Shown here: in pieces, positions 22,551 through 31,449 of the stretch | Layout: every line of letters starts with the position of its first letter | Numbering within the stretch: position 1 is the first letter of the stretch | Assembly (NCBI GenBank): GCA_965368975.1 | Contig: CBDUPA010000027.1 | Location: forward strand, 1-64,000 | Length of the DNA: 64,000 nt | Origin: an uncultured bacterium | GTDB lineage: Bacteria > Acidobacteriota > Thermoanaerobaculia > Multivoradales > JAHZIX01 | Direction of reading: 5' to 3' | The notes under the pieces: generated by a model | Told to the model about the DNA's origin: nothing | The model's database searches: none | Seen by the model: the letters and a program-made list of their open reading frames with translations, nothing else | Program-made: the position numbers and the translations under genes

Positions 22551-25500
22551 GTGAGCCAGGGCACCCCAAACCGAAGCGGCCCAGATCAAAGCGGCCCCGT
22601 TCGAAGCACCGCAGTTCGAAGTAACGCCATTCGAAGCAACGCAGTTCGAAGCACCGCCAAGCGCAATCCGCTCGAACTATTGCTGCTGCTGTTGGCTCTG
22701 GCGGCGCCGGCCCTGGCGCTGCTCGATGCTGTGCCCGACTGGCCTTGGGCGTCGCTGGCCCTGCTGTTCCTGCTGCTCGGTTGGTTGTTTGTGCGACCGC
22801 CGCTGCGCGAGGTCGCGCTGACCGGCGGCGCCATCCTGACGGCGGCGCTGATCCTCGGCCACGGCTGGATGCAGCAGCGCCGGCCATCGCTGTCCGAGGC
22901 CGAGTGGGCGTCGCAGGTGCGCGGCGGCTACGCGCAGATCTGGCAACGTCTGCAGGCCCGTGCCGAGCAGGGGCGCGGGCTGCTATGTGCTCCCGACGAC
23001 CCCGAGAGCGGCGACCGTGGCGAGGTCTTCGCCTGCCTGGGCCTGCTGGCCGATGAACTGGAGCCACGCTCGGCGCTGCTGTTGCTCGAGCCCGACGGCG
23101 AGACCTACGCCTGGGCCGGTGAGGGTGTGCTGCACGATCTGGAGCAGCGCCCGCTGCCGCCGTCGGGCGTCACCTATCGCGTCAGCTTTGGTGCCGTCAC
23201 TGTGCTCTACGTGTTGCCGCTGAGCGAGGAACGTCGCCCCTGGCGTCTCGTCGCCGGCCGCACCTTTCCCGCCGACCAGCTGCCGTTCGCCAATCCTGGC
23301 CGCGGCAGCCCGCGGGACTTCAGCTGGACCCTGACTGACGATCCGCAGGATCTGCCCGCGGATGTGCGTCTGGTGCGCCTGCAGGGGCACCCGACCCTGG
23401 TCGCCTGGCCCAACCGTGGTGCCGGAGCCGCAGGCAGCGAGCCCCTGGCCGGAACCTTGCTGCAGCGACCGGAGCTACGCCTGGCCTGGTTCGTCCTCGG
23501 CTTCGGCCTGCTGGCGCTGGCCGTGATGCGTGGCGTGGTGCTGGCCGTGCCCGACGATCTGCCCTCGACGCGCAACGACGGCGAGCGCCGGCCGCGTGTC
23601 GAGAACGTACGCTTGAGTCGACCCTGGCGCAGCCTCAGCGTCGCCGCCTGCGGTCTCGGCGGTGCCGCCGCCTGGAGTCTGGCGGCCACTACCTCGGTGT
23701 CGGTGACCCTGGCGTTGGCCGGTGGTGGTCTGCTCGCTGCCCTCGGGCTGCGCGGCTACAATCGCTCCGGGCGTTTCCTGCCGGTCACCTTCAAGGGGCT
23801 GGCTGCGGCGCTCTTGCTGCTCGTCTGTGCCTGGTGGCTGCAGGCCTACTTCGGGCCCCTCGACCTTGCGTCCGAGCTGTTCGCCACGCCGGTCGCCGTA
23901 GTCCTGCGTGTCGCTCTGGCGGCGGCGGCGTGCGGCTTGTTCCTGCTCGCCGGGCGCGAAGGGCAAGACGTACCCGAAGCCGGCGACGGTTGGGCCTGGC
24001 TGTGCACCGGTCTGCTGGCCGGCGCCGCTGCCTTCCACGATTCTTGGCTGCTGGCCGCCGGTCTGCTCGCCGGTGCCGGTGTTTGCCTGGCGGTGTGGGC
24101 CGATCCGTGGCGCGTCGCACATCGGGCCAGTAGCTTGACGGCGATGGTGCTGCTCGGCTCGCTGGCGGGCGCCACGGCGTGGGAGATCAGCTACCGCTAC
24201 CACCTGCGGGCGACGCTGCAAGACGACTTGCTCTACCGTCTGCGGCCGCTGTCGCAGCAGGAGGAGGACGACCTGGCTGGTGACCTGGCGCGCTACTTCG
24301 ACCGCCGAGACCTGGCCGACATGGTTCCGGTCGACCCCAAGCAACTCGAACACCAGGACCTCGCTTTCCGTATCTGGCGACGCTCGCCGCTGGCGCGCCA
24401 CAACGCGCTGTCGGCGGTCGTCGTCCGGCCGCACCGCGGTCCGCCCTCGGCCTTCTCCTACGGCCTGTCGCTGCGCCGTTTCCGCCAGGCCGAGCTGCCC
24501 CCGGAACTGGCCTCGCGCCGGCAGCCGGCGTGGGAGGCACGGCACATCGAGGCGGTCAGCGAGCTACAGTTCCGCGGCGAGAGCTGGGGTACCCTCACCT
24601 ACTGGCTGTGGCCGCAGCCCGGCTTCTTGCTGGGCACCCTGCAGCAAGCAGACGAGATCGACCAGGGTCTGCTGACGCGCGGCGTCGCTGGTGGCAATCT
24701 GGTCGAGGGGCTGCCGCAGCCGGTCTTCTACTCGCTCTACAACCGCGAGGGGCGAGCACTGCTGACACCCTGGGAAGAGGCGCCGCCACTGCCCGGCGAT
24801 ATGATCGACAGCGCCCAGCCCGAGCCCAGCCCACGCGTCGTCGACACCCCGGTGGGCAACGCCTGGGCCTTCCGCCGCCTGCGCAGTGACGGTTGGGAAG
24901 TGCTCTACCTACCGGTGCTCAACCCGCTCGCCGCCCTCGACCGCGCGGGTACTCACGCGCTTGGTGTACTCGCCCTGTTCGCCGTTGGTTCGCTGTTCAC
25001 CCTGCTGCTCGCCCTGCCGCGCGCGCCCTTCCGTGACCTCCTGCGGCGCACGCTGCGCTCGTATTCCAAGCGTCTGTTGCTGGTCTATAGCCTGCTGTTG
25101 TTGATTCCGCTGCCGCTGCTCAACGTCACCCTGGTCACTGGCATGGAAGAGCGCTTGTGGCGCCAGCAGCGCCTGGAGGGCGAGGCCGCCTTGAGTGCCG
25201 CCCGCTACTACATCAACGACGCCCTGTTCAACTTGCCGCCTGGCTTCGGCATCGACACTTCCTTCGACGACCGGCTGCGCGAGCTGGCGAGTATCGTCCA
25301 GCACGATGTCCACCTCTACTACGGTGGTGCCAACGTCACGGCGTCGTCGCGCCGCGACCTGTTCACCGCCGGCCTGCTGCCCAAGCGCATCCCCGGCGAG
25401 ATCTTTTCGCGCCTCGTGTTGGGCGACTACATCCAGCTGTCGCGCACCAACGTGGTCGGCGATCTGCGCTACGTCGAGCTGTATGCTCCGTTGCGCGATC

Positions 25501-26933
25501 CCGACCGCCCGGCCGGCCAGGAGCGGCTATTCCTCTCTATGCCGCTGCTGGCGCAGCAGAAAGAGGTCACTCGCGAGCTGACCCAGATGCGCCGCCAGGC
25601 ACTGCTGGTCACAGCCGCCCTCTTTGCCGTCATGGTTGCGCTCAGCATCCGCCTGGCCCGCCGCTTCACCGAGCCGCTCGAAGAGCTGGTCGAGGGCACG
25701 CGCAAGATCGCCGCCGGCGCGCCGTCGCTCGACCTGCAACCGCGCGAGCTGGAACTGGCCGAGCTGGTCGAGGCGGTCGACGACATGGCGCGCAAGATCG
25801 ACCACGGCCGGCGTCAGCTGTTGCACGAGAAACAGGTGGTCGAGCGCATGGTCGACAACATCACCTCGGGCGTCGTCTCGCTCGACCTCGACCAGCGCGT
25901 CGTGATGCACAATCGCGTCGCCGGGCAACTGCTCGGCGTCAAGGTCGGTGACCGGCTCGAGGACCTGCTCGAACGGCGTCCCCGCCTGGCACCGATCGGT
26001 GACCTGATGCGCCGCCCGGGTGACGAGCCGCGCCGCGTCACCGTCCACCTGCCGCCACCCGAGGCCGCCGCCCACGAGGCGTCCGCACACGAGTTGGGCG
26101 ACGCCGGTTCCCTGGAGCAGGAGTGGTCCGTCGTGTGGGTGCCGATTCCGGGCAGCGACGCGCCCTCGGCCCTGTTGGTGGTCGAGGACGTCACCGAAGT
26201 GCTGCGCGGTCAGCGCTTGCAGGCCTGGGCCGAAATGGCGCGCATCATCGCGCACGAGATCAAGAATCCGCTCACCCCCATCCGCCTGTCCACGGAGCAC
26301 ATGCAACTGGTGCACAAGGGCGATCCGGAAGCCTTTCCGGCGGTGTTCGAACGCTGCACCGCCAACATCCTGCGCCAGGTCGACGAACTGCGCGAGATCG
26401 CCACCGAGTTCTCCACCTACTCGAAGATCCCGCGCATCGACCCGCAGTTCGGCGATCTCGCCGAACTCGTCTCCGGCCTGGTGGACGGCTACCGCGCCGC
26501 ACCGCCGCCCGGTGTCACCGTCTACCTCGATTTGTCGGACGTCGAAGTCGGTGGTGTCACCAGTGTGCCCGCCCGTTTCGACGCCCGCGTGCTGGCGCGC
26601 GCGGTGCGCAACCTGCTCGAGAACGCCGTGCGTGCCAGCGCTGGTGGCGGCGACGTGCGCGTCTCCTTACACCGCGTCCCAGCCCCTGAAACCGAGGGCG
26701 CCGAGCCGCGCGATTTCTGCCGTATCGTGGTCACCGACACTGGCCCCGGCGTCGATCCCGACCACCTCGGCCGCATCTTCGATCCCTACTTCTCGACCCA
26801 CGACAGCGGCACCGGCCTCGGCCTGCCGATCGCGCGCCGCATCGTCGAGGAGCACGGCGGCACTATCGTGGCGCGCAACCGCGAACAAGGGGGCCTGGAA
26901 GTGACGATCACGGTGCCGATTACGGACGCCTGA
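22551..26933 (+). CDS. Very large membrane-bound sensor histidine kinase (NtrY-like: HAMP-PAS-HisKA-HATPase)
   Basis: Many TM helices; AWAEMARIIAHEIKNPLTPI, NLLENA, DTGPG, GTGLGL. Confidence 0.88.
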   Translation: MSQGTPNRSGPDQSGPVRSTAVRSNAIRSNAVRSTAKRNPLELLLLLLALAAPALALLDAVPDWPWASLALLFLLLGWLFVRPPLREVALTGGAILTAALILGHGWMQQRRPSLSEAEWASQVRGGYAQIWQRLQARAEQGRGLLCAPDDPESGDRGEVFACLGLLADELEPRSALLLLEPDGETYAWAGEGVLHDLEQRPLPPSGVTYRVSFGAVTVLYVLPLSEERRPWRLVAGRTFPADQLPFANPGRGSPRDFSWTLTDDPQDLPADVRLVRLQGHPTLVAWPNRGAGAAGSEPLAGTLLQRPELRLAWFVLGFGLLALAVMRGVVLAVPDDLPSTRNDGERRPRVENVRLSRPWRSLSVAACGLGGAAAWSLAATTSVSVTLALAGGGLLAALGLRGYNRSGRFLPVTFKGLAAALLLLVCAWWLQAYFGPLDLASELFATPVAVVLRVALAAAACGLFLLAGREGQDVPEAGDGWAWLCTGLLAGAAAFHDSWLLAAGLLAGAGVCLAVWADPWRVAHRASSLTAMVLLGSLAGATAWEISYRYHLRATLQDDLLYRLRPLSQQEEDDLAGDLARYFDRRDLADMVPVDPKQLEHQDLAFRIWRRSPLARHNALSAVVVRPHRGPPSAFSYGLSLRRFRQAELPPELASRRQPAWEARHIEAVSELQFRGESWGTLTYWLWPQPGFLLGTLQQADEIDQGLLTRGVAGGNLVEGLPQPVFYSLYNREGRALLTPWEEAPPLPGDMIDSAQPEPSPRVVDTPVGNAWAFRRLRSDGWEVLYLPVLNPLAALDRAGTHALGVLALFAVGSLFTLLLALPRAPFRDLLRRTLRSYSKRLLLVYSLLLLIPLPLLNVTLVTGMEERLWRQQRLEGEAALSAARYYINDALFNLPPGFGIDTSFDDRLRELASIVQHDVHLYYGGANVTASSRRDLFTAGLLPKRIPGEIFSRLVLGDYIQLSRTNVVGDLRYVELYAPLRDPDRPAGQERLFLSMPLLAQQKEVTRELTQMRRQALLVTAALFAVMVALSIRLARRFTEPLEELVEGTRKIAAGAPSLDLQPRELELAELVEAVDDMARKIDHGRRQLLHEKQVVERMVDNITSGVVSLDLDQRVVMHNRVAGQLLGVKVGDRLEDLLERRPRLAPIGDLMRRPGDEPRRVTVHLPPPEAAAHEASAHELGDAGSLEQEWSVVWVPIPGSDAPSALLVVEDVTEVLRGQRLQAWAEMARIIAHEIKNPLTPIRLSTEHMQLVHKGDPEAFPAVFERCTANILRQVDELREIATEFSTYSKIPRIDPQFGDLAELVSGLVDGYRAAPPPGVTVYLDLSDVEVGGVTSVPARFDARVLARAVRNLLENAVRASAGGGDVRVSLHRVPAPETEGAEPRDFCRIVVTDTGPGVDPDHLGRIFDPYFSTHDSGTGLGLPIARRIVEEHGGTIVARNREQGGLEVTITVPITDA
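22600..22658 (+). repeat. 15-bp tandem repeat (TTCGAAG core x4) in the kinase N-terminus
   Basis: TTCGAAG at 22600, 22615, 22630 and 22645; encodes (V/I)RS(T/N)A repeats. Confidence 0.8.
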
Positions 26934-26949
26934 AGCAGCGGTAAGAGCC

Positions 26950-28650
26950 TTACTCCTCCAGCAGCAGCTTCACCAACTCTTCGCCGTCGGGAGTGCCCCA
27001 GCCGGTGCACGGGTCCCAATGGTCGTTGGCGTGGTAGTAGCCGTTGTTCCCGATCGGCACGCGGCGTAGAGCCTGGCTCATGTGATCGCGGTAGAGGAGT
27101 GGATTCAACCAGCCTGCACGCCGTCCCGCGACTTCGTTACAGCGCGCGATCAGGGCCGCCCACAGCGGTGTCGAGGCACTGGTGCCGCCGCCCGAGAACT
27201 CCTGGCCGGCGACGATCATGCGGTAGCCCTGTGTCAGGTCCGCCTTGGCGGCGACATCGGGCACGCCGCGGCCTTGGGGCCGGTCCTTGCCGCCGGTGCC
27301 CTGCTGCCAGGTCGGCTGCTCGAAGAAGCGGCTGAAGCCACCGCCGCTGGCCGCCGTGTGCGGACCGCGTGACTCGTTCCACACTACTTCTGGAGTCACT
27401 TCTTCGTCGTGCGGCGTGGTGCCGCCGCACGACAAGGCCATCGGGCAGGAGGACGGGAAGTGGGCGTTGGGCTCGCCGTTCTCTAGATCGGCACCCTTGT
27501 CGCCCGAGGCGCAGCACACGGTAACACCGCGCAGTGCGGCGTGCTGCAGTGTCTCGTTGATCACCTTGGCCAGATTCGGGCTTACCGAGTGTTCCCCGGT
27601 TCCCCAACTGCACGACAGCACGTCGATGTCACGGTTGCGGTCGTTGAGTGCGGCCAGCAGGCTGTGGACTTCTCCCAACTCCGTGTTGCTGCCGATGTAG
27701 AGCACCAGCTTGGCCCCCGGCGCAAAGCTACCGGCGAGCTGTAGATCCTGCGTTGTCTCGAGGGTCCAGGCGACCTGCGAGGCGATGTCCTCGCTCATCT
27801 CGGGCATCTTGCCGCTGCGCAGCGCCGCCAGGTATTGGCGCACGTCTTCGGCTGCAGCCGGATCGTTTTTGGCCTCGCCGATCGTCACCACTTCGATCTC
27901 AGGCACGGCGTCGCCGAAGTAAGCCTTCATGTCCTCCGCGTGGAAACCGCCGCCGAGCGTCAGGATGCCGATGGTCTGCCCGCGGCCGGTAGCCTGCGGG
28001 AACCGGTAACGCCGTATGCAGTCCGCGGGATCGGTCCAGACGCGGTCGCTGGTCTTGGTCGTCGTGCCTGCTGTCGAGCCCGGAGTCGTCGTGTCCGGAG
28101 TCGTCGTGTCCGGAGCCGTCGAGTCCTGGTCGCCCCCATAGCTGTCATCAGAGTCGCTGTCAGCGCGGAGCCAGGGAGGTTCGAGGCTGCGCAAGCTGAA
28201 GTGAAAGAAGCCGAAGTGCGGCCTGCTGTCGAGCCCGAACATGCCTTCGATGACGCCGGACAGCTCTCCGTCGGTCAGCACATCGAGCCCGTCGCCTTCC
28301 AGGAAGTGCACTACCTGCTCGCCGATGCGGTCGAAGACGAGCGAGACGTGGAAGGCCAGGATGATCTTGGGCGTCGGTCCTGCGAGCAGGATCAGCCGAC
28401 TGTCACGGTTGATCTCGACGATGTCCAGCTCGTGTCGGTCAGCGAACCCGATGACCTGTGCGATGTCTTCGTCGGCGGCGCCGTAGCGGGTTTGAACTCC
28501 GTCAAAGTCGAAGTACTCGCGCCTCGCGGGCTTGTGCATCGCTTGCCGCGCCAGAACGGCCGAGCAGTTGTCACTGCGCGGCCGCAGGATCAAGCCGACG
28601 GTCATCCGTTCCGGCTGAGGCAGTTTGGAACGCAGGGATTCGAGAAACAT
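26950..28650 (-). CDS. S53 (sedolisin/kumamolisin) peptidase with pro-domain, no signal peptide
   Basis: ETTQD (Glu-Asp), SCSWG, ASGDKG, RGVPDVAA, GGTSASTPLWAA, WDPCTGWGTP. Confidence 0.9.
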   Translation of the reverse strand: MFLESLRSKLPQPERMTVGLILRPRSDNCSAVLARQAMHKPARREYFDFDGVQTRYGAADEDIAQVIGFADRHELDIVEINRDSRLILLAGPTPKIILAFHVSLVFDRIGEQVVHFLEGDGLDVLTDGELSGVIEGMFGLDSRPHFGFFHFSLRSLEPPWLRADSDSDDSYGGDQDSTAPDTTTPDTTTPGSTAGTTTKTSDRVWTDPADCIRRYRFPQATGRGQTIGILTLGGGFHAEDMKAYFGDAVPEIEVVTIGEAKNDPAAAEDVRQYLAALRSGKMPEMSEDIASQVAWTLETTQDLQLAGSFAPGAKLVLYIGSNTELGEVHSLLAALNDRNRDIDVLSCSWGTGEHSVSPNLAKVINETLQHAALRGVTVCCASGDKGADLENGEPNAHFPSSCPMALSCGGTTPHDEEVTPEVVWNESRGPHTAASGGGFSRFFEQPTWQQGTGGKDRPQGRGVPDVAAKADLTQGYRMIVAGQEFSGGGTSASTPLWAALIARCNEVAGRRAGWLNPLLYRDHMSQALRRVPIGNNGYYHANDHWDPCTGWGTPDGEELVKLLLEE

Positions 28651-28666
28651 CAGGCCGGAGCGCTTC

Positions 28667-28897
28667 TCAGACGCAGACGCACATCAGGCAGGTATCTGGG
28701 TCCACCTCGTCTTCTTTGCCCCAGCGTCGTCGCAACTCGGCCTTGATCTCCTCTTTGGAGAAGTCATAGCCGTGCACCTTGCCGATGCCCTGCAGTAGTT
28801 TGTGGATATCCGGTAGTTTATCCTGGAGATTCTTGTTCTTGAAGACATCGTCCAGGAATTTCTTGGCCTGATTGTCAGCTGCTTGCGTCTCAGCCAC
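28667..28897 (-). CDS. Nif11-like leader RiPP precursor, C-terminal core TCLMCVCV
   Basis: AKKFLDDV.KNKNLQDKL...GKVHGYDFSKEEI resembles the Nif11 leader; AGGAGG RBS before GTG; lies between the YcaO and peptidase genes. Confidence 0.85.
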   Translation of the reverse strand: MAETQAADNQAKKFLDDVFKNKNLQDKLPDIHKLLQGIGKVHGYDFSKEEIKAELRRRWGKEDEVDPDTCLMCVCV

Positions 28898-29031
28898 GTC
28901 GCACCTCCTTGAGCGCGGAATCGGGGAGTGGAGTCCTCAGGGATGATGTCGTTATACCAGAGCACCGCGGCAAAGACCAGATGCACGGCGGCGTCGGGGG
29001 CCGGCGTCGGGGCGGGCGCGAGTCGGTACGT

Positions 29032-31374
29032 TCAAGTTAGCAGATATACGGGATTTAGCTCGACTTCCCGGCGCGCCGCCGGCAGCCAGCCAAGCGCCAC
29101 GGGCACCTCGAACAGCCGCCCGGGTGCCCACCTTGGCCGGAAGTGACGCAGTCCCGGCACCACCACGCGGACGACCACCAGGCCGATTTCGGGCCGGGTC
29201 TGGTCGAGCACGAGGGTCTCGAGACCCAGCTGTCGTGCTCGGTCGACGCACATCTCGACCGCTGCTTTCAGGCTCGCTAGGCGCTCCGGTGCTCGCGCTG
29301 GTGCAGCCGGCCGCAGGGGCACGCTGCCCTCGGGATCGAGAAACGTCGTTGCTTCCAGTGGACCGCTGAGTACCCGCCGCGGTGCCGCCCATGCCGCCGG
29401 TGCCGCCGATGCCGCGAGCAAGCCGGGGAGCGACTGCCCCAGCTCGGTCAGCGCCCGCGCCAGGGCGATGCCGGCGTCGAGATGGCAGCCAAAGCCGAAG
29501 ACGGGGTCGGAGTCCTGGGGCTCGCCAGCGGAGCGCGAGATCGCGGCGTAGGTGGGGAAGCCGAAGTCGCTGGTGACGTCGAGCACGTGGAGGTTGCGTC
29601 TCAACCGCGCGTGCAGGTCGCGGGCACCGTCGATCAGCTGTCCGAGTCGGCCACCAGCACCGGCGCCGTCGCCGACCGTCGACAAGTCCAGCCCGGGTCG
29701 CCGCGCCCGGTTGTACCACCACAGGGCCACCGCGTCGCGCTCTACCAGTTCCAGGAAGCCCTGCAGGATCGCTTCCTCGAAGCAGGTGCCCGCGGCGCAG
29801 CCATTCGAGTCGGCGGCGGCGAAGCGTGGCAGATCTGGGGCTGCCAACGAGGGTGGTGCGTGGAAGTAGCAGCAAGCGGTTGGCAGGTAGCGCTGGCGCT
29901 GGTCGGTCAGCGACCACAGCGGCGTCCAGTCGACTTCCGCCTCGACGTCGAAGGGCGCCGGGATCCACAGCGCTTGCTGCGCCAGACCCGGTGCCGCCGC
30001 GGCGTTGCGGGCGTCGCGCTCAGCGTACTGCGCGTTGCTGAAGTGTAGGACGTGCCGCGGATGGATCGCTTCGCCGTCCTCGAAGTCTCGCAGACGCCCA
30101 TGCCGCCGCGGCTCGTCCCCGCGAACCACACCGCTGTAGCGCTCCAGCGCCTCGCACACCGCCCCCGTCCGCGCCTGCGCCACCGTCATCCCCTTACCGG
30201 CCGCACGGGCGCGCTGCCCGGTGCGCAGGGCTTGCTCGCGTCGAGGGGACGGGAAGGCGTGCTCGGCGAGGTAGACGTGCAGGCCGTAGTCCGCGTCTGG
30301 CGGACTCGTCGCACCGGGCCGGACGTTGTGCACCAAGCCGGTCAGAGGACTCACATGCTGCCGCAGCCGCTCGAACGTCACGTCCGCCGGAAGCGCCCGG
30401 AAGCCTCCGTCGAAGCTGGCGGTGCTCTGGTCGACCAGGGGGATGGGGGAGAGTCGGATCGGTCGAGCCGATGCCGGGGCGTCCACGGGCGCGCCGCAGG
30501 CGGCACAGTCCGGCAGGCGTGCCAGGACGTGCGCTTGTGTCTCCAGCGTGCGCACGTCGAGCGTCCAGAGACGGCCTTCGAGGTCGGCGCGGTCGTCTGC
30601 CGTCAACCAATGCAGAAGCCGCAGCGCCGCGGTCTGCAAGGCCAGGTGCTGTGCGGTCGGCAGTGTCGGCGTGGGCGGCGTGCCGAGCAGGTCAGCGTAC
30701 GGCTGGTTCAGCCGCAGCCGGTGCGCCAGGCAGCTCCAACAGCCGGTGGAACCCGGTCGGAAGATCGGGCCGATCCAGGGCGTCGTGCCCGTCGGACGCA
30801 GCAGCATCCAGGGCGTGCCCCCGTCTTGAGCATCACGGTCCAGGGCCGCGCGGTTGAGGGCGTCGAGATCGGGGGAGAGGTAGTCGTCCGTGACGACGAT
30901 GCGGATTTCGGCAGTGTCCTCGACCTGGATGCCGCTCGACGTCAGCGCTTCGACCAGTCGTCCAGTGTCCAAGTCCCCGAGTGCTTGCACGCGCACTGGC
31001 GTCGAGCGGAGCCGCTGTCGTGCCTCTGCGTCGAGACCCAGGGCGTCGTGCGCCGCGGTCAGATGGTCGTCCTCTTCCGTCTCCGGATCCAGGTCGGAAA
31101 GACAGTTCTTTTCCGCCAGCAGCTGCAGCCCGTAGACGATGTCCAGCAGGCTGATGGTGCTGTCTGGAAGAGAGTTGTCAGCCGTCTTCGCTGCCTCGCG
31201 CGTCAGGATGTCGACGAGATCTTCGGGAGTGTTCTCGCCGTCGAGATGAGGCACGAGGAGCGGCAGTAGCCGGTTGTGGAAGCGGACCGTGGTGCCGTCG
31301 CCGTGCACGATGACTAGATTCGGCGCCTCGACGTGGGCGTCGAGATGACGGCGCAGGCGGGGGTGGTAGAGCAT
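29032..31374 (-). CDS. Fused E1-like/YcaO cyclodehydratase (TOMM, PatD/TruD-like)
   Basis: WIGPIF.PG.TGCWSCLAHRL, AGKG.T..QAR..A.CEALERYS, DSNGCAAG, ELVERDA, VVPGLRHF..R.APGRL. Confidence 0.93.
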   Translation of the reverse strand: MLYHPRLRRHLDAHVEAPNLVIVHGDGTTVRFHNRLLPLLVPHLDGENTPEDLVDILTREAAKTADNSLPDSTISLLDIVYGLQLLAEKNCLSDLDPETEEDDHLTAAHDALGLDAEARQRLRSTPVRVQALGDLDTGRLVEALTSSGIQVEDTAEIRIVVTDDYLSPDLDALNRAALDRDAQDGGTPWMLLRPTGTTPWIGPIFRPGSTGCWSCLAHRLRLNQPYADLLGTPPTPTLPTAQHLALQTAALRLLHWLTADDRADLEGRLWTLDVRTLETQAHVLARLPDCAACGAPVDAPASARPIRLSPIPLVDQSTASFDGGFRALPADVTFERLRQHVSPLTGLVHNVRPGATSPPDADYGLHVYLAEHAFPSPRREQALRTGQRARAAGKGMTVAQARTGAVCEALERYSGVVRGDEPRRHGRLRDFEDGEAIHPRHVLHFSNAQYAERDARNAAAAPGLAQQALWIPAPFDVEAEVDWTPLWSLTDQRQRYLPTACCYFHAPPSLAAPDLPRFAAADSNGCAAGTCFEEAILQGFLELVERDAVALWWYNRARRPGLDLSTVGDGAGAGGRLGQLIDGARDLHARLRRNLHVLDVTSDFGFPTYAAISRSAGEPQDSDPVFGFGCHLDAGIALARALTELGQSLPGLLAASAAPAAWAAPRRVLSGPLEATTFLDPEGSVPLRPAAPARAPERLASLKAAVEMCVDRARQLGLETLVLDQTRPEIGLVVVRVVVPGLRHFRPRWAPGRLFEVPVALGWLPAARREVELNPVYLLT

Positions 31375-31380
31375 GCCCGG

Positions 31381-31434
31381 ATTGTACTTGTTACTTGTAT
31401 TGGGCTACTCGTACTGGTTACTCGTATTGGGCTA
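31381..31434 (-). promoter_or_regulatory. Putative YcaO promoter: -10 TACAAT plus a 27-bp direct repeat over the -35 region
   Basis: TACAAT 6 nt before ATG 31374; GTACTTGTTACTTGTATTGGGCTA (31384) and GTACTGGTTACTCGTATTGGGCTA (31411). Confidence 0.65.
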
Positions 31435-31449
31435 TCCCTTCATCACGAC

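Noticed and set aside
20842-23067. Long antisense ORFs (e.g. 20842-23067, 41919-43472, 44265-46154, 59174-60517)
   Set aside because: They are shadows of well-supported genes on the opposite strand, as expected in high-GC DNA.
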